Source: an uncultured Bacilli bacterium
Lineage (GTDB): Bacteria > Bacillota_I > Bacilli_A > RF39 > UBA660
Direction: 5' to 3'
Length of the DNA stretch: 64,000 nt
NCBI GenBank assembly: GCA_944372545.1
Contig: CALVZO010000008.1
Location: forward strand, 7,352-71,351
Positions 56,573 through 64,000 of this stretch are shown one piece after another. Made by a program: the position numbers and the translations under genes. The notes under the pieces are model-generated. The model was not told the DNA's origin. It saw only the letters and a program-made list of their open reading frames with translations, and searched no databases. Each line of letters opens with the position of its first letter. Positions within the stretch are counted from its first letter, which is position 1.

Positions 56573-57102
56573 AAAGTATCTCCATCATCGGTTTTATTAT
56601 TGTTATTATAATAACTTCTAATTTTAAAATTAGCGAGTTTTGCGATTATATTATTTGGAAATGTTTTAATAATTTGATTAGATTTAATAGCATTTTGATT
56701 AAATACATTTTTAGCAGCCACTAAAGTTTCATTAATTTGTCTTAATTCATTAATTTCTTTTGTAAAATTCTCATCGCTACTTAATTCTTGATAATCAACT
56801 CTTAAATCATTAATTAATTTCATCGCATCATCTAACTTTAAATCTTTTTCATATAAAGTTATAATTAAATCTCTAATTGATACATATTCTTTTAAGTAAT
56901 CCTTTTTACCCGTAACTTTTTTAACATCGCCATTAATTGCAATAATTAAATCTAATTTTTTATTTAAGTATTCATCAATTAAATTTTCGGCTTTTTCCAT
57001 ACGTTCTTTATATTTTTTTAACTTTGTATAACTACTAAAGAATACTAACGCTAATAAAGATGCAATTAAAATTATAACTAGTATTACAAACCAAAATTCC
57101 AT
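56569..57102 (-). CDS. lemA: LemA family membrane protein
   Basis: N-terminal TM and the LemA pattern (..AKNVFNQ.....N..I..FP....A). The start at 57102 avoids overlap with the upstream gene. Confidence 0.75.
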   Translation of the reverse strand: MEFWFVILVIILIASLLALVFFSSYTKLKKYKERMEKAENLIDEYLNKKLDLIIAINGDVKKVTGKKDYLKEYVSIRDLIITLYEKDLKLDDAMKLINDLRVDYQELSSDENFTKEINELRQINETLVAAKNVFNQNAIKSNQIIKTFPNNIIAKLANFKIRSYYNNNNKTDDGDTF

Positions 57103-57103
57103 A

Positions 57104-58708
57104 TTAATCCCTTTTCTTTCTAAAATAATCATTTATATTTTTACCAAGCATATTTTCTATCTCTTTTTTATTTAAGATAAAATCAATAATTAATAAAATA
57201 AGACCAATTAATCCAATTAAAATGATTAATAATAATCTACTTTCTACATTATGTATTATACCACGATATATTAAAGATAAAAATATCATTAAAGCATAAA
57301 CTAAAAATAATTTTGGTAATTTACTAAATGTGTTATGAAAATTAATTTTAAATTCTTTTCTTAATGTATGAATTGGTATTAAAAGTGATATTGTATAACC
57401 AATAATAGTGGCTACTATGGCACCATAATATGGATAAATACCAAGTTTATTAAATAATAATATTAAAGGTACATCTAACACTAAATTAATTAGTAATCCT
57501 GTTATTACTGCAGTATAAATTAATTTAGTTTTATTAAGGCCTTGTAAGCCATTACATATCATAATATATAGAGCATCAATTGCTGATACTATTACAAACA
57601 ATTGAAAAATTATTGGTCCATAATAACTTTCTCCATAAAATATTGTCCATATTTCTTTAGCAAATATACTCATAAACAAGGCAATAGGTAGAGCAATATA
57701 GAAAAATATTTGTAATAATTTATTAAATTTATCATTAATTGTGTTCATTTTATGTTTGGCTCTATCTTCAGCAATACTTGGAACTAAACTAATTGCTACA
57801 CCTGTTGCAATACTTGTTACTATTGTATTTAGTTTATGTCCCCATGTAGTAAATATACTACTAATTGTTTCAATATCAGTCGCATTAAATTTAATAATAT
57901 CAAGACTTCTAATTAATAAAATCATATCAATTGAGTTATATAAAGAATTAGCAATATTTATAACAATAAAAGGTATAGAATAGTAAATAACTTTCTTTAA
58001 AATTTCTTTTTTTTCTTCTTCCTTTATATTTTCTTCCTTTTTAGTTTTAATTAACTTTAATTTATTAATAAGATAAAAGTAAGCAATAAAGGCTCCGATA
58101 AATGCGCCAAATACAGCAATACCTATTGCACTTTTTAAATCTAAATTAAATACTTTTAAAGATAAATAACTACCTAATATTATAACTAATATTCTTACAA
58201 ATTGCTCTAATACTTGGCTTAATGATGCCGGTTTAATAAAACCATGTCCTTGCAGGTACCCTCTACTAATTGATAACATTGGGACTACTAATATAGCAAA
58301 TGATACACATCTAATTACAAAAGCAATATCACTTGGAGTATTACCACCTTCTACATTACCAATTATAAGGCTTGCTATCGGACTAGCAAATATAAAACAA
58401 ATTAAAAAAGATATAACAGAAAATATTAAAATAACTTTTTTTGTAATTTTATATAAATATTCTTTTTCTTTTAATTTACCTAGAGCATTATATTCACTAG
58501 TTAATTTACTAATAGCAAGAGGAATACCAGCACTAGATATAATTAAGAATAAATTATAAATATTATATGCATAGCCGTATAAGGCTCCCCCTTGATTACC
58601 AACAATACTATAAAAAGGAATAACATAAATAATTCCTAGAAATTTGGAAAAAAAGATAGCAATTGTAGCAATAAGGGCGCCTTCCATAAAACTACTTTTT
58701 TTCATCAA
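57104..58708 (-). CDS. MOP-superfamily flippase (polysaccharide biosynthesis / SpoVB / MurJ-like)
   Basis: 534 aa, about 14 TM segments, N-terminal GALIATIA..SK.LG..Y.IPF pattern. Confidence 0.75.
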   Translation of the reverse strand: MMKKSSFMEGALIATIAIFFSKFLGIIYVIPFYSIVGNQGGALYGYAYNIYNLFLIISSAGIPLAISKLTSEYNALGKLKEKEYLYKITKKVILIFSVISFLICFIFASPIASLIIGNVEGGNTPSDIAFVIRCVSFAILVVPMLSISRGYLQGHGFIKPASLSQVLEQFVRILVIILGSYLSLKVFNLDLKSAIGIAVFGAFIGAFIAYFYLINKLKLIKTKKEENIKEEEKKEILKKVIYYSIPFIVINIANSLYNSIDMILLIRSLDIIKFNATDIETISSIFTTWGHKLNTIVTSIATGVAISLVPSIAEDRAKHKMNTINDKFNKLLQIFFYIALPIALFMSIFAKEIWTIFYGESYYGPIIFQLFVIVSAIDALYIMICNGLQGLNKTKLIYTAVITGLLINLVLDVPLILLFNKLGIYPYYGAIVATIIGYTISLLIPIHTLRKEFKINFHNTFSKLPKLFLVYALMIFLSLIYRGIIHNVESRLLLIILIGLIGLILLIIDFILNKKEIENMLGKNINDYFRKKRD

Positions 58709-58811
58709 ATCACTCCTATATATAATTATATTTTATTTTGCCACTATTTCCAAGAATAAGTCCAAAAATTAGTAAAATAACCGTAAAAAAAAGAGAAGGT
58801 TTCTCTTTAAG

Positions 58812-59177
58812 TTAAAAAGTTTTTTCGGAATAATTATGAGAATAATTAATTTTTTCCATAAATTCAACATAATCTAAATAAATCATTCGTAATAAATACC
58901 ACATACCATTAGAGGGATCACTAATAATCAAATGATCTTTACCGGCTTCTTCAATAATACCTGAATATATTTTATCGCGCCACTCATTACTATCAGGGTA
59001 TGATACATAGACATTTACTCTTTTTCCCTTATTTAGTCTTAAGATGTTTTCAATATAACTTTGCTCTACTGGCATAATACTAGTGGAAGAAATATTACCT
59101 GGTGGAGTTGAAGGAATACTACTTAAACTATTTTGATTTGTTGGAAATGTCGGATTTTGATAAAAATTACCGTTCAT
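58812..59177 (-). CDS. gerQ: Spore coat protein GerQ-like
   Basis: Gln/Asn/Pro-rich N-terminus, then SYIENILRLNKGKRV...GIIEEAGKDHLIISDP..G.WYLL...YLDYVEF, matching my recollection of GerQ/YwdL. Confidence 0.7.
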   Translation of the reverse strand: MNGNFYQNPTFPTNQNSLSSIPSTPPGNISSTSIMPVEQSYIENILRLNKGKRVNVYVSYPDSNEWRDKIYSGIIEEAGKDHLIISDPSNGMWYLLRMIYLDYVEFMEKINYSHNYSEKTF

Positions 59178-59262
59178 AAGTCACCTCCCTAAAGTATATG
59201 AACAATTATTATTTTATTGCAACGAATTTTATTTTTTTATATAATAGATTTAGGTTGATAAT

Positions 59263-60150
59263 ATGAAAAAGGAATTAATTAAAAAAGATTTTAAAGAATT
59301 AATGATAGTAGCGTCTTCTTTTGTATTTGGAACATTTTGTTTAGCCTTATGTTACAACTTATTTTTTATACCAAACGATATTGTAGTAGGAGGTACATCA
59401 GGACTTGCCATTATTGTTAATGAATTAACCGGTTTTGATACCCAAACCTTTATTTACTTATCAGCGTTTATTTTACTAGTAGTTAGTTTTATCTTTTTAG
59501 GAAAAGAAGAAACTGAAAGGACATTTATTGGCTCAATTTTGTATCCTTTATTTATTACTTTTACTGAACCGGTTGCAAAATTTTTGTTACTTTATTTAAC
59601 TTTTCAAGAAATATTAGTTACTGTTGTTTTAGCGGGAATTTTATATGGTTTTAGTAATGGAATTATTTATAAATGGGGATATACTACAGGTGGCAGTGAT
59701 GTTATGATGAAAGTCTTATGTAAGTATGGACATATTAGTGAAGGAAAAAGTTCTTTAATTATAAATATTATTATTATTTTAATGGGTGCCTTTACTTTTG
59801 GTTTCGATACTGGAGTTTACGCGATAATTATTTTAGTAATTAGTTCTTTAATAGTAGATAAAATAATTATTGGTATATCTTCATCTAAAAAATTTATGAT
59901 TTATACAAGAAAAAGTAAATTTGTAAAAAGACTTATTGAAGAAGAATTTAAAACAGGGTTTACTATTTTTCCAACAGTCGGTGGTTATTCTCATTTAAGA
60001 GGAGCAATGATTATGTGTGTTATAAGAAATCATGATGTTACTCTTTTTAAAGAAAAAATATTAGAAATAGACCCTGAAGCCTTCTTTGTTATATCGGACT
60101 GTTATGAAGTTCAAGGGGGAGTTAAGAGAAATAATTCAATTTTTATCTAA
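59263..60150 (+). CDS. YitT family membrane protein (with C-terminal DUF2179)
   Basis: Five or six TM segments with GGTSGLA and GGSD motifs, then a soluble C-terminal domain. Confidence 0.75.
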   Translation: MKKELIKKDFKELMIVASSFVFGTFCLALCYNLFFIPNDIVVGGTSGLAIIVNELTGFDTQTFIYLSAFILLVVSFIFLGKEETERTFIGSILYPLFITFTEPVAKFLLLYLTFQEILVTVVLAGILYGFSNGIIYKWGYTTGGSDVMMKVLCKYGHISEGKSSLIINIIIILMGAFTFGFDTGVYAIIILVISSLIVDKIIIGISSSKKFMIYTRKSKFVKRLIEEEFKTGFTIFPTVGGYSHLRGAMIMCVIRNHDVTLFKEKILEIDPEAFFVISDCYEVQGGVKRNNSIFI

Positions 60151-60231
60151 AAGTGTCAAATTATTTCGCTATTTTTGCAAATTTTCACAAAATTATGGGA
60201 AATTTTTGCTATAATTAAGTAGGAGTATAAT

Positions 60232-60933
60232 ATGAAGTTTATAGAATTAAAAAATGTCAATAAAGTTTATTCAACCGGTGTTACGGCTTTAGCAGACATG
60301 TCTGTAACAATTGATAAAGGTGATTTTGTCTTTGTTATTGGTCATACAGCCAGCGGGAAATCGACATTTATAAAAATGTTATACCGGGAAGAAAAACCAA
60401 CAAAAGGTAGTGTTATTGTTGGTGGTGTTAATGTCGCTAAGTTACGTAACGGCCGAGTTTTTAAGTTGCGAAGAAAAATAGGAGTAGTTTTTCAAGATTT
60501 CAAATTATTACCTAAACTAACTGTTTATGAAAATGTGGCTTTTGCCTTAGAGTGTTTAGGTCTTAAAGGTAGTGAAATTCGTCCAAAAGTTATGAAAGCC
60601 ATTGAAATTGTTGGCTTAAAAGAAAAGGTTAGAAGTTTTCCTCATCAATTAAGCGGAGGGGAACAACAAAGAGTATGTATTGCAAGAGCAATAGTTAATG
60701 AGCCTAAATTATTAATTTGTGATGAACCAACAGGTAACTTAGACCCAGACACTAGTAAAGAAATTATGAAAGTAATTGAAAGTATTAATAAAGATTTGAA
60801 AACTACTGTTATTATGGCTACGCATGATAAAGATATAGTTAATCGTATGAAAAAAAGAGTTCTTTTAATAGAACATGGTGTTTTAACCGGCGATTACTTG
60901 AAAGGAAGTTATAAAGCTCATGAAAGCAATTAG
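60232..60933 (+). CDS. ftsE: Cell division ABC transporter ATP-binding protein FtsE
   Basis: Walker A GHTASGKST, signature LSGGEQQR, Walker B LLICDEPTGNLD; followed by ftsX. Confidence 0.92.
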   Translation: MKFIELKNVNKVYSTGVTALADMSVTIDKGDFVFVIGHTASGKSTFIKMLYREEKPTKGSVIVGGVNVAKLRNGRVFKLRRKIGVVFQDFKLLPKLTVYENVAFALECLGLKGSEIRPKVMKAIEIVGLKEKVRSFPHQLSGGEQQRVCIARAIVNEPKLLICDEPTGNLDPDTSKEIMKVIESINKDLKTTVIMATHDKDIVNRMKKRVLLIEHGVLTGDYLKGSYKAHESN

Positions 60934-61813
60934 AATAATAAGTAGAAGTATTAGAGATGCTTTTAAAAGTGTTTTTCGTAATTTTAGTTTAAGTATGGCC
61001 TCTATTTTATGTGCAACAATTACATTAATGGTTGTAGCAATTTCTTTAATAATTGCTGGTAATGTTCAAAATGCGACAAAATCTTTAGAAAGCGAATTAA
61101 GTATTATCGTTTATGTTGAAAGAAGTGCTGCTAGTGAAGATATTGATTTTCTAAAATCAAAAATTGAAGGTTTAAGAAATGTTACGGAGGTAACTTATAA
61201 AAGTAAAGATGAGTGGAAACTAGAAATGAGTGAGTATAATTCTTCTTTAAATCTCGTATTTGAAAATTATGATACTAATCCATTACTCGATTCATTTACT
61301 GTTACTGTTAGTGATGTTAAAGATTTAAGTGATGTAGCCAAAGAAATAAGTGAAATGGAATATGTAGAAAGTGCTAATTATGGTGAAAGTGCAATAGATA
61401 CCATTGTTTCTTTATTTGATGTTGTTAAGAAAGCCACAATAGTTATTGTAATTGCTCTTATATTTGTTACAGCATTTTTAATAACTAATACAATTAAATT
61501 AACTATTTATTCAAGAAGAAGTGAAATAGAAATTATGCGTTTAGTTGGAGCGAGTAATATTGCCATTAAATTACCATTTGTATTTGAAGGTTTTATTATT
61601 GGTATACTAGGTTCATTAATTCCAATAATTGTTACAATTTATGGTTATATTATTGCTTACGATAAATTAAATGGTCGTTTAATTACTGATATTATCAAAT
61701 TAATTGCTCCATATAATTTTGTTTTCTATGTTGCCCTTATAGTATTAGGACTTGGAACATTAATTGGTATGATAGGTAGTTTAAATGCCGTTAGAAAGTA
61801 TTTGAAAATATGA
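60920..61813 (+). CDS. ftsX: Cell division permease FtsX
   Basis: Four TM segments with a large first extracellular loop and an EIEIMRLVGA motif. Confidence 0.9.
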   Translation: MKAIRIISRSIRDAFKSVFRNFSLSMASILCATITLMVVAISLIIAGNVQNATKSLESELSIIVYVERSAASEDIDFLKSKIEGLRNVTEVTYKSKDEWKLEMSEYNSSLNLVFENYDTNPLLDSFTVTVSDVKDLSDVAKEISEMEYVESANYGESAIDTIVSLFDVVKKATIVIVIALIFVTAFLITNTIKLTIYSRRSEIEIMRLVGASNIAIKLPFVFEGFIIGILGSLIPIIVTIYGYIIAYDKLNGRLITDIIKLIAPYNFVFYVALIVLGLGTLIGMIGSLNAVRKYLKI

Positions 61814-63033
61814 TAAGAAGAATAAGTGAATTTATAATCAGAGTTACTTTAATATTTTTAGTTACTTTTGGCTATATTTTTTCGCCAATTGGGGTAAATG
61901 CGCAAACGACAATTAAAGAAGGCGACACATTAGCGAAGTTAAGACAAAATTTAAAGGATTTACAACAAGAAAAAGCGTCATCAGTTAATGAGCAAAAGAA
62001 AACCCAAAGTGAAATTGATGCTTCAATTAATAGTATTGCTGTGGCAAATCAAGAAAAAGAAGAAGCGCAAAATCAAATTACGATTTTAAGTAAAGAAATA
62101 GATGAAGTAACAAGTGAAATTGAAGAATTGAAAAATTATACGGAAGATATTTTGGTGTTATATCAAAAATTAGAAAGTGAAAATATCTATATTTCTTATG
62201 TAACTGGTGCATCAACAATGACTGAACTTATCATGCGAATTGATGCAATAAATCAAATAACTGAACAAAATGAAGAGAAAATAAATAGTTTAGAACTTCT
62301 AATTGAAAGTAACAATAAAATGAGTTCGGAACTAGAAAAATATCAAAAAACATTAAGTGAAAAAGTTGTTGAATATGAAGCAAAAGTCGCAGCATTAGAA
62401 GGCAATTTAGCCGATTTAGTTGAAGGTGCTGAAGATATTGATTCAGAAATCCAAGGTCTTAAAGAACTTATTGAATATTATGAAAAAGCCGGTTGTGAAG
62501 AAGATGAAGATTTAACTGCTTGTGTTAATATTGCTAATAATAGCGGTTGGACAAGACCTTTAACTAGGGGTAAAATTACTAGTCCATTTGGTTGGCGAAT
62601 TCACCCTACTAAAGGTGGTTGGAAATTCCATAATGGTATTGATATTGGTGGTAATAGTGAAGGAACAAAAATTTATTCTTCCGCAGCAGGTATTGTTGGT
62701 AAAATAACAAGAAAATCATCATGCGGTGGTAATATGGTTTATATTTGGGTTTATGTTAATGGTGTACCTTACACAGTAGTCTACATGCATTTACTAAAAG
62801 TATATGTAAATGTTGGTGATGCTGTTACTACAAGTACAGTTATTGGTACAGTAGGGGGTGGAGCTGGAACAAAATCTTATGATAAATGTACAACTGGAGC
62901 CCATCTTCATTATGGCGTATCAGAAAATAACCATTATTTGAAATCTAAGAGTGAAACTTATTCTAAGTTTACTGCCAATATGATAAATCCACCTAATTTC
63001 CCATCTTATGGTTCATGGTTTTATAGTAGATAG
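61810..63033 (+). CDS. Coiled-coil M23 peptidoglycan hydrolase (PcsB/EnvC-like partner of FtsEX)
   Basis: Signal/TM segment, about 200 aa of coiled coil, M23 domain with intact FHNGIDIGG and GAHLHYG; translationally coupled to ftsX. Confidence 0.85.
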   Translation: MIRRISEFIIRVTLIFLVTFGYIFSPIGVNAQTTIKEGDTLAKLRQNLKDLQQEKASSVNEQKKTQSEIDASINSIAVANQEKEEAQNQITILSKEIDEVTSEIEELKNYTEDILVLYQKLESENIYISYVTGASTMTELIMRIDAINQITEQNEEKINSLELLIESNNKMSSELEKYQKTLSEKVVEYEAKVAALEGNLADLVEGAEDIDSEIQGLKELIEYYEKAGCEEDEDLTACVNIANNSGWTRPLTRGKITSPFGWRIHPTKGGWKFHNGIDIGGNSEGTKIYSSAAGIVGKITRKSSCGGNMVYIWVYVNGVPYTVVYMHLLKVYVNVGDAVTTSTVIGTVGGGAGTKSYDKCTTGAHLHYGVSENNHYLKSKSETYSKFTANMINPPNFPSYGSWFYSR

Positions 63034-63054
63034 TTAATTTATTAAAGATAATCA

Positions 63055-63091
63055 AACCTAATTCATTGTAAATTGATGAGTTGGGTTTTTT
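63055..63091 (+). terminator. Rho-independent terminator after the ftsEX-M23 operon
   Basis: AACCTAATTCAT-loop-ATGAGTTGGGTT (two G-U pairs) followed by T6. Confidence 0.7.
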
Positions 63092-63169
63092 ATTTTACAC
63101 TAAACTTTAGTTGACAATTAATTAAAAAAACGGAATAATATAATAAAATAATAACAAGAAGGGATTAAA

Positions 63170-63811
63170 ATGAATTATAATGATGTATTAATAAAATATA
63201 TTAACGAATACCCTTATGATGAGCCAATTTTAATTGAGGACATAAAAAAATATTTTAAAAATTATATTAATGCTAATTTTGACGAAATTTTTAAAACTAT
63301 TTATGTGTATATTAATAGACTTGTCAAGGATAATAAACTTGTTCAATTTATAAAAGGAGTTTATTATAAGCCACTAAATGGAAAATTTGGTAATAAACCA
63401 TTAAATGTGAATAAAGTCATTGATAAGAAATATTTACATGATGAAGGTGGTCAAAAAGGATATTTTTCTGGTGCTTATCTTTTTAATAAGATAGGTTTGA
63501 CTACGCAAATACCTAAAGAAATTTTAATTATTACTAATGAGTGTCCTAATAAAAATGATTATTACAACAAAAATCTAGGTGTTACTATAAGAAAACCAAG
63601 AATCAAAATCAATGATTATAATTACAAATATCTTCAACTTTTCGATATGCTAATTAATAGGGATAACATAAAAATTGAAGTTGATAATGAAAAAGAGATA
63701 ATTTATAAATTTATTAAAGATAATAATTTGGAAATTGAGAAAATATTTGAATATGCTAATAAAATTAATACTATAAAGCCAATAAAAAGATTATATGAAC
63801 TAGGGGGGTAA
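63170..63811 (+). CDS. AbiEi-like / DUF6088-type antitoxin (type IV TA)
   Basis: KGVYYKP...GAYLFNKIGLTTQIPKEILIITN matches the AbiEi-family pattern rGiYy.P...GA.A.N.LGLTTQvP as I recall it; followed 2 nt later by an AbiEii-like ORF. Confidence 0.65.
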   Translation: MNYNDVLIKYINEYPYDEPILIEDIKKYFKNYINANFDEIFKTIYVYINRLVKDNKLVQFIKGVYYKPLNGKFGNKPLNVNKVIDKKYLHDEGGQKGYFSGAYLFNKIGLTTQIPKEILIITNECPNKNDYYNKNLGVTIRKPRIKINDYNYKYLQLFDMLINRDNIKIEVDNEKEIIYKFIKDNNLEIEKIFEYANKINTIKPIKRLYELGG

Positions 63812-63813
63812 CA

Positions 63814-64000
63814 ATGTTGAATAGAGAAGATTTAGAGGAATTAATTTTAAATATTAATAGAAGAACTGGAATTAGAAATGATATTTTGGAAAAAGATTAT
63901 TATGTATGTCTTGTTTTAAAAAGTTTAGCATCTAAGCAAGAACAATTACAAGCATATTTTAAGGGGGGGTACAGCAGTTTACAAAATATTAGATCATATG
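63814..64000 (+). CDS. AbiEii/AbiGii-family nucleotidyltransferase toxin, N-terminal part (runs off the right edge)
   Basis: My translation from the ATG at 63814 is MLNREDLEELILNINRRTGIRNDILEKDYYVCLVLKSLASKQEQLQAYFKGG.. The (L/I)EKDYY and FKGG motifs are typical of this family. A G7 run is present at 63963..63969. Confidence 0.6.
   Translation, partial: MLNREDLEELILNINRRTGIRNDILEKDYYVCLVLKSLASKQEQLQAYFKGGYSSLQNIRSY

Noticed and set aside
2715-57983. Other short antisense or alternative-frame track ORFs (2715-2954, 5712-5906, 6708-6935, 15404-15622, 15779-15961, 17009-17221, 21832-22068, 33006-33200, 33596-33838, 37073-37345, 37842-38048, 39801-40010, 41831-42019, 44323-44640, 46975-47160, 50801-50998, 51840-52130, 54132-54350, 54553-54741, 57741-57983)
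   Set aside because: Each is fully embedded in a recognisable conserved gene, either on the opposite strand or in another frame, and lacks an RBS.
1-64000. rRNA operon, tRNA genes, prophage or a multi-gene defence island
   Set aside because: In this AT-rich background, GC-rich structured RNAs would stand out. The only such patches are the SRP RNA, the S10 leader and the 18.4-kb patch, and none has tRNA T-loop/anticodon architecture or rRNA length. No phage structural or integrase genes are present. The only defence-type genes are the AbiE-like pair at the extreme right edge.

Overview
Replication-origin neighbourhood of a very AT-rich (by eye roughly 25-30% GC), apparently endospore-forming Bacillota (Firmicutes) chromosome with a compact, Bacillus-like gene order. 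Gene orientation flips at about 18-19 kb. Leftward on the minus strand run dnaA-dnaN-(comK-like)-recF-gyrB-gyrA, then a 1.5-kb gene-free repeat island, then SRP RNA-tadA-dnaX-ybaB-recR-bofA-holB-ricT-methyltransferase-pth-mfd. Rightward on the plus strand run an IS remnant, spoVG, yabP-yabQ-divIC, (clpP on minus), udk-like-gap-pgk, spo0A, gpmI, an orphan membrane protein, the complete S10-spc-alpha ribosomal superoperon (rpsJ to rplQ, including secY-adk-map-infA-rpmJ), soj-spo0J, DUF951, an AbgT-like transporter, ychF, rpsF-ssb-rpsR, rplI-dnaB, envelope and division genes (two M23 peptidases, ftsEX, a MOP flippase, lemA), gerQ, and an AbiEi/AbiEii pair at the right edge. I found no rRNA, tRNA, CRISPR array or prophage. 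The most interesting signal is the non-coding island at 7.6-9.15 kb. It holds two perfect copies of the ParB centromere site parS (TGTTTCACGTGAAACA). These are bracketed by six perfect copies and one near-perfect copy of the 16-bp Noc-binding-site palindrome (TATTTCCCGGGAAATA). A second palindrome family (CCAATTT..AAATTGG) and promoter-like spacings are interleaved with them, and part of the island forms a ~180-bp direct repeat. Only one ParB-family gene is visible. It is not preceded by noc, and its DNA-specificity positions look mixed between ParB-type and Noc-type. Product calls come from motif recognition and synteny by eye only; no database search or folding program was run.
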